A stretch of 63,545 nt of DNA, the filler included, from Octopus bimaculoides (lineage: Eukaryota): the NCBI RefSeq assembly GCF_001194135.2. It is 6 parts of 6 records of this genome, joined end to end, with 100 filler letters (N's around TTAATTAATTAA, not from the genome) between each part and the next. Parts side by side here need not be neighbours in the genome. Positions count along the whole stretch, not along the records: positions 41,647 to 56,774 come from NC_068985.1; positions 56,875 to 62,312 come from NC_068987.1; positions 62,413 to 63,545 come from NW_026356512.1; 3 more parts are not named here. The stretch is one strand, 5' to 3'. The position numbers and the translations under genes were made by a program. The notes beneath the pieces are model-generated. The model saw nothing but the letters and a program-made list of their open reading frames with translations. It searched no databases and was not told the origin of the DNA. Shown one piece after another: positions 51,401-62,469 of the stretch (position 1 is its first letter; each line of letters opens with the position of its first letter).

Positions 51401-54222
51401 GTTCCCCTCTTGGGAGTCATCCAGATTTTACCTCTGGTGAGACATTTGTACATGAAATATTTTATGTTTGGTTGTTAGATATTACTTAATTTGTTTCCGA
51501 CTAGGTTACCATCATCAAAGAAACTTACAGATTTTATTGCTTTTGAAAAAAATGGTCAGAAAAGAGTTGTACTATGATATATAGGTTTTATATTAGGGTT
51601 AATGTTCATTAATATGGAATTTGGAATCTTTATAGGTGGCAACAATTTAAAACTATTGTCATTTGTATTAACATGTGACATTTCGGGCAAGTGTTTTCTT
51701 CTGTAGCAAGCCTACAGTTGGATGATGGCTTGTAATAGGAGTTGATTGATGGAAACTACTAGGCTGCATGTCATGTACATATTTATTGTCTGTGTCTAAG
51801 CAAGATATTGAAACTCTCCAGAAAAAGAAATGGTTGATACTGCAGTTTTGACATGTGCAGGCAAGTTGAATGGAAAATAGCCATCAAAACAATTGACAAT
51901 TCATGACAGCGAAGTCATCCAGCTGTTGAAAAGAGTCTTCTATAACCTTTGCCACCATGGAAAACCAAATGACAGAATTGTTAGGGCATTAGGTGTAAGA
52001 GTGATATTTGATCTGGCTGAGATCATCTGAGCTTTTCATCTTTCCATGATTGATAACTTAGAGCACCAGTCAGCACCTGGGTTTCTCTAATTTCTCAACC
52101 TAACCCTAACCCTTCCATACTAGCATGGGTTGGACGATTTGACTGAGGATTGGCGAACCAGATGGCTACACCAGGCTCCAATCTGATTTGCTAGAGTTTC
52201 TACAGCTGGACGCCCTTCCTAATGCCAACCACTCCGAGAGTGTAGTATGTGCTTCCATGTGCCACCTGCACAGAAACCAGTCCAGCGGCACTGGCATCGA
52301 TCTTCCTAGAATGTTTCTCACGTGCTACCGGCACCTATTACATATTTGCTGTAAGAATGTTTATACTTTGCTTGTGAATTATTTCTGAATTAATATTTAT
52401 TTATTCATTGTTGTGTTGCAGGAAGTACTCTCCATTTGCTACTCCGCCTTCCTGGTGGTATCATTGAACCCAGTTTACGTATGCTTGCTTCAAAATACAA
52501 CTGTGAGAAGATGATCTGCCGAAAGTAAGTACAACCTGTTACTGTTTGTTTTTAGATTGGAATTAATTACTGTATTTGCCAGCATATAGGCTGTGCTTTT
52601 GTATTTTTACATGTATAAAAAAAAAATTGCCCTGCATTTAATGTAACTATAAGTAGAGTATTAAAAAGAAGCCAAAATATCCATCTGCTAGCACTAACTT
52701 ACCAATAATTGCTTATGGCATGTTGGCAGTTATATGGAGAGATCATATCTCGTACCTCCTTACCTGGTATACATAATCCACACTTGATATGTTGTACATT
52801 ATTTAGCCCTTTAGCATTTATAGAACATTATATGGTACTTTCTAAAAGGCTGGTTCTGACTGTAAAACAGGCAGAATATTTCAGCCACATGGTCAGTTTA
52901 GATGCTAAAGGATTAATGAGTGCTACCATTAACTTTTTAGCATTTAAATCGTCTATATCCATCCCAAATATTCTGTCTGTTTTGTATTCAAAATGTCATT
53001 CGAAGAATAAACTAGCACTTCAAGATCTTGTAGCTATGATTAATTCAGAATAATGTGAATCAATAACATTACATTTGAAGGTACTCATGAATGCTAAAGA
53101 GTTAAATGGTTTTTGATAATGTAAATGAAATTCTAGAATGATGAGAAGAATGTAATTTTCATCAGTTTCTCAGCTATTTGTAATGCATTAATGACAAAGT
53201 AGTATGGTACACCTCCCTGATGACCTATTGTGGTAACATGAAACATCATAGCCACTATGTATGTTTTACGTACTGTATAACAATTCTCTTGATCAAAGTA
53301 GAAATAATTATGCAGTTGATCTGATGCAGAGAATTGAAATACAGTACTCATGTAATGTAGTTTATGTGATAAATTTACGGTTTCATACTTTGTTCAAATA
53401 TACTGTCACAGCATTGTATTTACATGCACAGAATTACTTTTCCTCGACAAATGTCTTATATGCTAGTATGTTGTCATCATCATTTAAACGTCCGTTGTCC
53501 ATGCTGGCATGGGTTGGATGCTTTGTCTCGGGCTGGAAGGCTGCACCAGACTCCAGTCTGATTGGACATGGTTTCTGTGGCTGGATGCCCTTCTTGATGC
53601 CAACCACTCTGATAGTGTAATGGTTGTTCTTCTCAAGCACAACAATGCCAAAGGTCTTAGTCCTTCGTCATTGCCTCTGTGAGGCCCAATGCTCAAAAGG
53701 GTGCTCTCTACTTGCCATTGGCATGAGTGCCAGTTTACATGGCACCAGCATCAGCTGCGACTATGATTTCACTTGGCTTGATGGGTCCTCTTAATTAGCG
53801 AAAAATGTATTTGTGGTTAGATTCTGAATGACTGACTAAATCCCTGAGCCGGGTTTAATTTTTATCGAGATCCCTGTTTTTCACTTCTATATAAAGATTC
53901 AACTCTAGTAATACTCTTTGTATTACAGTTAAGGAAAATTAATCAAAGATATTGCAGTCTTGATCACTACTGATTGTTTGGACTGCAAAATATATTGTTT
54001 ATTAGAGGGTATGATTTAAGAGATTTGCTTGTTACTTTTAATAATCTGTTACAACAATGTAATACTATTGACTCTTTCTTTCTCACTATGTTCCAGTAAA
54101 TTAATATCTTCTTTTACTGTTCTTTCAGGTGCTATGCTCGCCTTCACCCACGTGCTACCAACTGCCGTAAAAGGAAATGTGGCCATAGTAATAATCTGCG
54201 GCCCAAGAAGAAGCTAAAGTAA
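48336..54222 (+). CDS. UBA52: Ubiquitin-like domain-ribosomal protein eL40 fusion (UBA52/RPL40-like), 128 aa, join(48336-48438,50927-51013,52422-52524,54129-54222)
   Basis: Spliced translation [128 protein letters not shown]. 387 nt, all introns GT-AG, compatible phases 1/1/2. The symbol is assigned from eL40 and gene layout; the N-terminal domain is not canonical ubiquitin. Confidence 0.96.
49505..49759. mobile_element. Intronic element with 29-bp perfect inverted ends, an antisense tRNA-like head and a truncated hammerhead remnant
   Basis: 49505-49533 is the exact reverse complement of 49731-49759. Minus-strand TGGCATAGTGG..GAGTTAAATTCC at about 49615-49687; GA-A-GGCTG..CAGCT-GAAA at 49689-49715. 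Confidence 0.7.
49763..50380. mobile_element. Fold-back/MITE element with ~165-180-bp inverted arms in intron 2
   Basis: 49763-49941 and 50216-50380 are reverse complements at roughly 80-85% identity by eye. No clear TSD. Confidence 0.85.
50927..51013 (+). CDS. UBA52: UBL-eL40 coding exon 2 (aa 35-64)
   Basis: tttcag|GAATCCCC..GCTACAG|gtaag; 87 nt. Confidence 0.95.
52105..52330 (-). mobile_element. R1 LINE tail in intron 3
   Basis: Matches 22346-22533. Confidence 0.75.
52422..52524 (+). CDS. UBA52: UBL-eL40 coding exon 3 (aa 64-98, spans the PGG|IIEP junction)
   Basis: ttgcag|GAAGTACT..CGAAA|gtaagt; 103 nt. Confidence 0.96.
52807..53101. mobile_element. Two M1 piggyBac-type MITEs in opposite orientation (52807-52912 and 52933-53101) in intron 4
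   Basis: Both have CCTTTAGCAT-type TIRs with TTAA-like flanks, and their adjacent ends are mutually complementary. Confidence 0.7.
53470..53790 (-). mobile_element. R1 LINE tail in intron 4
   Basis: catcatcatttaaacgtccgttgtccatgctggcatgggttgg..ctggatgcccttc. Confidence 0.75.
54129..54222 (+). CDS. UBA52: UBL-eL40 coding exon 4 (eL40 C-terminus, stop TAA 54220-54222)
   Basis: tttcag|GTGCTATGCTCGC encodes [30 protein letters not shown]. Confidence 0.97.
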
Positions 54223-54253
54223 ACATTACATATTTTATTGTGATGTTCAATTG

Positions 54254-54259
54254 AATAAA
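54254..54259 (+). terminator. Polyadenylation signal AATAAA
   Basis: Lies 31 nt after the stop and is followed by T/GT-rich sequence, giving the short 3' UTR typical of RP mRNAs. Confidence 0.8.
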
Positions 54260-54484
54260 CGTTTAAGTATCTACTTGGCCTTTGTTTTTCTATTTGTCTA
54301 CTTGAGTTTCGGATTTATTGTTTATTGCAGGACTCTAAGTGTGATAAATGTTTATGTAAATTATGTATTTGAAGATTCTTTCTCAGAGTATTTTAGTCAG
54401 AAGGGAAAACAGGGCTTTGGGACTGGAGGGCATACCATAAATAACTGAATTTCAGAAACTACACGCAAGATAGTTATTTTTTAA

Positions 54485-54657
54485 CCCTTTAGCATTCACA
54501 TTCTGTCAAATTTAATGCTTTCTTAGTCACATTATTTTGTAGATTTTGATGAGGTAAATGTTAATTTTTAGAATGACATTGTAGGATTGGTGTAAGAAAC
54601 TAGATCTGATCACTTTTAACCTAAAACAATATTTTGGCTGGTTTAACTGCTAAAGGA
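54485..54657. mobile_element. M1 piggyBac-type MITE
   Basis: TTAA|CCCTTTAGCA ... TGCTAAAGGA|TTAA. Confidence 0.8.
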
Positions 54658-54884
54658 TTAAATATATTTTTCTCTACACGTCTACCTCAAATTATAAAAG
54701 GTGATTGATGTATTCATATATTGCATTGAACCACAATCCTATTGTATGATTCTAACTTAATTCATGGACGTAACCTTCCACCACCATGAATTCAACTATT
54801 TCGGCTCTACCATCTCTGATAACCATTCCTTAGATACTGCAATCAGCATCCTCTACATTCGCCAGGCTCATCTTCGTTTCAAAG

Positions 54885-55195
54885 TCGTCTAAAAGAGAGA
54901 TATGAAGTCAATAGATCTAGATGTCCTGAAATAGGAAGGTCGAAATTGATCGCCCACACTGGAGACAAATACTATGCAAAGGGACTGGGCGTAGGGAAGC
55001 AAACTAGAACTTGCCACTAAAGAAACACTCTTTCGAAGAAAGAAGTCGGTAACATTTGGGGAGGGTTTCAAATGCAAGCGTAACTCACATGTGGGCCTGT
55101 ACTGCAGCAACAGAAATGAAATGGCTCCATCAGCAGCTGACGAATTCTCCAGGCGCAGATCCATGGTCCCTCAAGACTAACGAATGCCTATCTAC
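54885..55195 (+). mobile_element. R2 RTE LINE 3' end
   Basis: Homologous to 40470-40905; contains tcaaatgcaagc..cacatgtgggcctgtactgc. Confidence 0.65.
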
Positions 55196-56425
55196 TTCGT
55201 AGTGTATATCCCTTATCTCTAACTTGTTTCAATTATTGAACTGTAATCATTCTGGAACACCACTGAGCAGTATCAATGGAACTGATTTTTTTTTTCCTAA
55301 AGTCGGTCGTTTTAGCCAAGCCACTAATTTACAGGGACAGAAATCAAGAGCGGTTGTCAAATGAGGTGCGAGGGTGAAGTATATATATATACACGGGCTT
55401 CCTCACTATTTCCCTCATCCAAATTCACTTTCAAGGCATTGGTTGGCCTAGTGCTGCACAATGACATTGAACCTAGAGCTACGTGGTTGTCAAGCAAGCT
55501 TCTTAACCACGACGTCTGTGCTATTTGACAGGAAGCTATTGAACCAAGATGTTAATGTCAAAATGAGATGAGTCAGCACCTGTAGCCAGATTTTCATGCC
55601 AAACATGGTCAGGTGGTACAGCCTAATTCTTGCTGATGGATGGCAGTTGTGTGTGATGGGAGATTCAAGCACACTTCAAAGATCTGCATAGATTTTTGTA
55701 GAAAAAAATAAAGAATGGTGAATGCTGGAGCTGCTAGCTTTCAGGGTTGTAAAAGGAGCATTGCCAGGGTGGTGCTCTTGCAGATATGGAGCACAAATAC
55801 CAAAATACCTTGTGGTATTATTACTGCTTCCGACGCTCAATATTTACTTTTTACTAAGCCTGCTGGTTATTTTCTATACTAATAAGTGAAGAATCACTGC
55901 TATTGAATATATTGTTGGCAGTGATATTTGGCTGGTATGCAGGGCTGGGCGCCTGCTACTGAGGTGGTGTTCTGGCTCCCATACCAAATCTCATTTGCTA
56001 TGATACGTCTGTGTACTTAGCCTGGTGCGTCTACATGAGAAGACCTCCCAAAGAATACTACAATATTCAGCACTCTAATAATATTTCCCACGTCTATAAG
56101 GATATAAAGACTGATTTTTGGTATTTAAAACGCTTCCATCGCAACGGTCCCTATTTCTCGTGTCCACTTGCAGCTTCTCTTACAACCACCGAAACCAAAT
56201 AAAGTATTCACTTTTATCAGCACTACTGATCTTGTATCACTGACTGACGTAGTTAACCAAGGCAGAACTTTGAAGTCACTATCAACCCTATCCTTGCCAA
56301 GATACACACACAAATGTAAGGGCTTTCAGTTTCTGTCAAGAAAATCCACTCACAAGATTGGTCGGTCTGGGCTAGCTAAAGCATAAGACATCCAACGGAA
56401 ACTGGAAGAATTTCTTTATAAACAC

Positions 56426-56774
56426 GGCTTTCGTTGACATGGAGAAAGCCTTTGACAGGGTCCCCCGATCCCTTATCTGGTGGTCAATGAGGAAACTTGG
56501 GATAGAAGAATGGTTAGTGAGAGCTGTGCGAGCCATGTACAGAGATGCTGCCAGTAAGGTGAGGGTTGGAAATGAGTACAGCAATGAATTCTGGGTAGAA
56601 GTAGGGGTCCACCAAGGTTCCGTCCTCAGCCCCCTCTTATTTATCATAGTCCTCCAGGCAATCACAGAGGAGTTCAAGACAGGTTGCCCCTGGGAGCTCC
56701 TCTATGCTGATGACCTTGCCCTAATTGCGGAGTCACTCAGAACTAGAGGAGAAGTTTCAGGTGTGGAAGCAAGG
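56426..56774 (+). mobile_element. RTE LINE reverse-transcriptase fragment (little decayed, cut by gap)
   Basis: AFVDMEKAFDRVPR..GVHQGSVLSPLLF..LLYADDLALIA. Confidence 0.92.
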
Positions 56775-57247
56775 NNNNNNNNNNNNNNNNNNNNNNNNNN
56801 NNNNNNNNNNNNNNNNNNTTAATTAATTAANNNNNNNNNNNNNNNNNNNNNNNNNNNNNNNNNNNNNNNNNNNNATATACGCACACACACACCTGTGTAG
56901 TACTTGTGTTACATTAGTCTGTTAAAACGTCTATATTTAGAAGTACATATTAATGAGGAGTATACGTGCAAGATCATATAAATGTGTTATCATTCGTACC
57001 AGTGCAGCGGTTTTTTTTTTATTGCGGATGGATTCAGTTGCTCCCCCAACTGGTTATTGATTATATATTGCGATCATGATCATAGCTATGTTGGGTGGCC
57101 GTTAAATGGTCACAATAATTTTATAATGTTGTGGATTGATAGTTCGAGATGGAGTGTGTACGGTGTCAATCAAGACGAAGTGGTTTGTATGCGTATATGA
57201 ATATGGTCTGCAGTGACAGTGAGTGTAGAGGCGCTTTGGTGTGAGTA

Positions 57248-57536
57248 CGAGGTGATATAAAAAAAGTTCCAGCACTTGTTATGTTCAATACAAAAATAAC
57301 TTATTTACCTAAGTTTTAACGTCATCTCTGTTCCTGTCCTTGACAAAATCGCAGACTACAGCATACACGTGATCACAAAAGCACAAATCTCACAACTTGC
57401 GAAGTAAACACAGCGATGCCACTCGGCACACTGCCTCATGAAGGTCATTGCTAACCCTCATTGCGCACGCAGCCGTGTGCTGTTATTTGTTGGCGTGCAA
57501 CAGAACTAGTCCCAGAACTTTTTGCTATCACCTCTT
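57248..57536. mobile_element. Mariner-derived MITE (~290 bp)
   Basis: TA|CGAGGTGATATAAAAAAAGTTCC and an imperfect reverse complement gaactttttgctatcacctc at the right end. Confidence 0.6.
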
Positions 57537-58243
57537 GTGTATCAGCTTTTCGTATGCATACAATTTGTATTGGACAGAAGTCAACAAGTTGTTCATAATA
57601 TAAGTTGCAAAATAAAATATAGACGTAAAATATATGTAAAATACATGTGGAGGGAAATATAACGTGGTTTTTATTGATTTAGTACGGTGGTGATAAGAAT
57701 AGAATGGTGGATTATTACGCAATCATCTCATGGTAATTGTGTTACCCTTTAAGTATGTTGACAAATGAAGATACCTATTGGCTTTAATAAAAAGCTGTTG
57801 CTGTAGAAGATTCGGTCAATGGTAATAACATGTTCCTCAGCACGAAATTGCATTCTCTGTGAACCAGATTTTACGGAATCTATAAATAACAGCAGAGTCT
57901 ACACTGTCATGAAATTGGAGGCATTTAACAACACGTATAGTATATGTAAAGGCCGTTCTTGTTTTAATTTCAGAGTCGTACGTACTTTATATGTTCTGGA
58001 ACGATTTTTAGAGACTTCTTTGCTTTCTCCTCCTTTGCTTCAAAATTCTACTGAGTGTATTTTATGTTTGCCTGAACTCATGTTGACAAGTAAAGCCTCG
58101 GACTCTATGTTTCCCAGCATTTCATTTTCTGGCTGAAATCAGATCACAGCATGCAAGATCATAAAAACTTTGATAAATACCGATTTTTCGGTTGAAGTCT
58201 GTACACTTCATTTAATATTGCAAATAATCTCTCCCATTAGACA

Positions 58244-58390
58244 TGGAGGAGCGTGGCTTAGTGGTTAGAGTTTTGGACTCATGATCGTAAGTTTGCGTCG
58301 GACCGGCCAACGCATTGTATTCCTGAGCAAAACACTACATTTCACGTTGCTGGCAAAAAAAAAATGAGTAATCCTGCGACGGACCGGCTC
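58244..58390 (+). mobile_element. Truncated family B SINE, ending near a 22-bp tandem duplication (58383-58426)
   Basis: tggcttagtggttagag..ctgagcaaaacactacatttcacgttgc; accggctcttataactcgagaa occurs twice. Confidence 0.6.
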
Positions 58391-58466
58391 TTATAACTCG
58401 AGAAACCGGCTCTTATAACTCGAGAAGATAACTTTTATCGCTTTAGACGTGTTTACTTGTTTAGAA

Positions 58467-58856
58467 GTGGAGGCGCAATGGCCCAGTGGTTAGGGCAGCG
58501 GACTCGCGGTCGTAGGATCGCAGTTTCGATTCCCAGACCGGGCGTTGTGAGGGTTTATTGAGCGAAAACACCTGATGCTCCACGAGGCTCCGGCAGGGGG
58601 GGTGGGGGGTGGCGAACCCTGCTGTACTCTTTCACCACAACTTTCTCTCACTCTTTCTTCCTGTTTCTGTTGTACCTGTATTTCAAAGGGCCAGCCTTGT
58701 CACACTCTGTGTCACGCTGAATCTCCCCCGAGAACTACGTTAAGGGTACACGTATCTGTGGAGTTCTCAGCCACTTGCTCGTTAATTTCACTAGCAGGCT
58801 GTTCCGTTGATCGGATCAACTGGAACCCTCGTCGTCGTAACCGATGGAGTGCCAAC
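58467..58856 (+). mobile_element. tRNA-derived SINE, family D head with tail 1
   Basis: TGGCCCAGTGGTTAGG..GTTTCGATTCCC head and a distinct body. The 3' about 135 bp match the 11958 SINE tail. Confidence 0.85.
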
Positions 58857-60011
58857 TTGTTTAGAAACATTGAATATATGTTGGATTATGTGCCCGTCTG
58901 ACAACAGAGTTTATCTCTACTTCCTGTAGAGTTTCTTTCGAACCGGTTGCGCCCCTTTGTAGCAATGCCAGGCCATAGACATTTGGAAATTATCCATGGT
59001 AGTCCCTCACCAGAAAGTCCTCCGGAACAGACTAATCAGTCTATTTTCTTCCACGACCAGAGTCTCTTCAAGAACGTCGTCACACTTCCCTGCCACTAAT
59101 TCGCTATACATGACTAAAGTTAAACAAAGTCGAAGGCTGCTCGTAGCCTTTTTCAACCCAATATTTACATGCTATCATTTATAGCTTTAGGCACTTTGAG
59201 ATTCACTATTCCCAAAATAAAAAGAACTGTATATATATATATATGGGAGAATGTACGAAAAAAACAACAACAGAAGAGGACAGGTGGTGTAAACCACAAA
59301 AGGATGTATTAGAATGACATATATNNNNNNNNNNNNNNNNNNNNNNNNNNNNNNNNNNNNNNNNNNNNNNNNNNNNNNNNNNNNNNNNNNNNNNNNNNNN
59401 NNNNNNNNNNNNNNNNNNNNNNNNNNNNNNNNNNNNNNNNNNNNNNNNNNNNNNNNNNNNNNNNNNNNNNNNNNNNNNNNNNNNNNNNNNNNNNNNNNNN
59501 NNNNNNNNNNNNNNNNNNNNNNNNNNNNNNNNNNNNNNNNNNNNNNNNNNNNNNNNNNNNNNNNNNNNNNNNNNNNNNNNNNNNNNNNNNNNNNNNNNNN
59601 NNNNNNNNNNNNNNNNNNNNNNNNNNNNNNNNNNNNNNNNNNNNNNNNNNNNNNNNNNNNNNNNNNNNNNNNNNNNNNNNNNNNNNNNNNNNNNNNNNNN
59701 NNNNNNNNNNNNNNNNNNNNNNNNNNNNNNNNNNNNNNNNNNNNNNNNNNNNNNNNNNNNNNNNNNNNNNNNNNNNNNNNNNNNNNNNNNNNNNNNNNNN
59801 NNNNNNNNNNNNNNNNNNNNNNNNNNNNATATTATATATTGTATATTATATTATATATTGTATATTCCATATTCTATACCCCACATTGGTTCTGCAGGAA
59901 TATAAATAAAACATAAAAAACAGACAGTGTTGGAACTCTTTTAAACAAAATAATATATTCCTCTATACACAATCATACAAAAAAACCCTCTTTTTTGTAT
60001 TTATTTTTACT

Positions 60012-60056
<45 letters not shown>

Positions 60057-60069
60057 GCTTATTGGTGTT

Positions 60070-60233
60070 GTCGATGATGATGACGATGACGATGACAATG
60101 GTGATGATGATGATGATGATGCTATCTCCTCGTTTTATATTTTCTTTCCCTTTTCGCCCTCCTTTCTCTACTGACACATTGTCATGAACACTCATACCAT
60201 AGTTGTTGATAATGATGATATTGATGATGATGT

Positions 60234-60266
<33 letters not shown>

Positions 60267-60282
60267 CGATGACGATGACGAT
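60070..60282. repeat. (GAT/GAC)n microsatellite clusters
   Basis: Arrays at 60070-60121 and about 60205-60282. Confidence 0.9.
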
Positions 60283-62469
60283 ATTCTCTCATCTTTCACT
60301 GTTTTCTTAATTTTCTTTCTATTTCTTCTACCCCGCCCATCACCAGTCTCTTTGTCACATCTTCTGCTAGTTGGTTGAGCAAAAGCCAATCGCCTTGTCG
60401 TTGTCTCGGTGTCATACATTCATACAAGTAAGCCAAACTTTTGTTTTTGATCTAATTTCTAATTAATCCACAGGAAATAACCTCACTATAAGATCAATAT
60501 AAACAAGAATGTTTATGCGTAGATTATTTTATGTGGAAAGCATCTTCAGATATTTTACTAATGTGAATGAAGGCCCGAAGGGATTAGGGATGAAGGAGCG
60601 AGGTCATCCACGTGCAAGACCGATAAATCAAGTGAGCTAAAGTCAGTAAAGTAATGTAATGAGATGTAATGAAATTCATTGTAATGTAATCATATGAAAA
60701 GCTCTTTTCTATTACTGCAGGACAGCGGGAGGCCTCTCTTTACATATGATCTGAACATCAAAACCAACTCTTCCGGGTCAACGGTTTCAGAAAAGTGGTT
60801 TAAAAAGACAAGTGTTCTCATGATGTAAATGAATTTCAGTCTTTCAAAGTTTGGTTTCTTAATGACTTAATGAACACGCCGTGCTGTTCAGTAAACTGTG
60901 AGGAAGGCACAAAGATGTATCTATCTGCGTGTATGTCTATGTATATGAGTGTATTTGTGTTAGCATGTTTGTGTGTGTCTGGTGAGAATGTATATCCGTT
61001 AGCATGTTTATGTGCGTTGTGAGAGTGTATGCATGTGTGTGTTTGTATATTTATGCGTGTACCTAACACACAACCACGCTATAAATACAGAAAAAGAATT
61101 ACCAATATGCATTTATGCTTGGATGTGTATGTCTCTGTATGTGCGTGTATGTGTTAGCGCGCGCGCTTGTAATTAATACGCACACACCAATAATATAGAA
61201 AAAGGAAACACCAAAATCATCCCCCATCCCCACCGTACGCCCGCATTCCACTTTAAATTAACTTAAATATCGCAGTTGTCTCCCATGTCTTTCTTTACCA
61301 GAATTACTCATCAAGCTAACGGTTTTTTTTTCCTAACCCGAACCTAACATATTATGAAAATTTTTATATACATGTAAATTTTTATGCCTTACAGAACCTT
61401 AAAAGTGTGGCCTTCTTTTCCCCATCCACAGTCTTCGAAATTTTGTTTTCCAGCCTTCATCGACTTAACCATGCGCACATAATTCTTACAATACTGAAAT
61501 ATTTCAAACCATGTTAAATTTCCAAATAACATATACTCCTTCCCTGAAAATATATACATATCAACTAAACTTTAATATTTTTAATCTTTAGGATTAGAGT
61601 ATATTAATGGTAGAAAGGTTATTTATCGTGTTTTACATATTTATCAATTTCACAGTATTAGCCCTTTCAATAGCTATAGATGAGTACTTGAACATTGCCC
61701 TAATTTAGACGAAATACAATACACGGCACATGATAAATTCCTAGTATAGTTTCACTTAATTTGTTCTCACAGTTTTATTATTCATTCAAAAATGTGTTAC
61801 CAATATATTAAGTTATAAGAAATATATATCAATTTTAGTTTATTTTAGTATAATGTGTTCTGAGACCATTTTTAATGCATCAACAAGTTTAAAACATTTT
61901 CAGTTCTCGTTTCCAGTTTATTCAAAACTAAACGGACTTATGCTTTTAGCAATTTAAACTTGATTAAATCCTTGCATCCAGAGACTTATCAATGTACTGC
62001 TATATATTTTCTATATATGTATTTGATTAGATAACAACATTGTTTCAAAACGTATCACATTGTTTCCTTCAATATCATGAATACTACATTAATTGTTGAG
62101 TTAGAATAGTACTGAAAGTCGTACTGTTTTTAGAAGTTATGTAGGTACGTTATATTTTTCTTTATATGTTTAACTAAGTCTCATATTTTTATGCATATAA
62201 ATTAAGAAATTAAGAGACAATTGTATCAAAATTATCAATTTAAGTATTTATAAATTTTAATGTTAGTTACACACATGCACACGCACATATACGCACATAT
62301 ACGTATATATATNNNNNNNNNNNNNNNNNNNNNNNNNNNNNNNNNNNNNNNNNNNNTTAATTAATTAANNNNNNNNNNNNNNNNNNNNNNNNNNNNNNNN
62401 NNNNNNNNNNNNTAGGAGAGTATTGCAGTTCGCTTGAAGCATTGTGTATTGTTTGTAAAGAAGAAAAAG

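Noticed and set aside
48336-52460. Idea that A-to-I RNA editing restores canonical ubiquitin from this gene
   Set aside because: Most differences cannot be reached by A-to-G change; for example S6 is TCG and P74 is CCT.
44812-54128. Intronic snoRNAs expected in a ribosomal-protein host gene (one hairpin plus ANANNA candidate near 49155-49225)
   Set aside because: No convincing C/D box pair with terminal stem or two-hairpin H/ACA fold could be found by eye. A snoRNA covariance-model scan would be needed.
48336-54222. Idea that the fusion is a decaying pseudogene or mis-assembly
   Set aside because: There are no stops or frameshifts in 387 nt, all splice sites are canonical, promoter and poly(A) signal are intact, eL40 is well conserved, and UBL changes spare the fold core. 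Expression is still unverified.
57819-58136. 105-aa ORF in non-repetitive-looking sequence (and similar short ORFs at 25213-25431 and 58996-59184)
   Set aside because: No recognisable domain, no supporting splice structure, and the length is compatible with chance.
58470-58545. Genuine tRNA genes (also heads at 12215-12285, 36165-36230, 49615-49687)
   Set aside because: A/B boxes are present but acceptor and anticodon stems are broken, and each continues into a SINE body.
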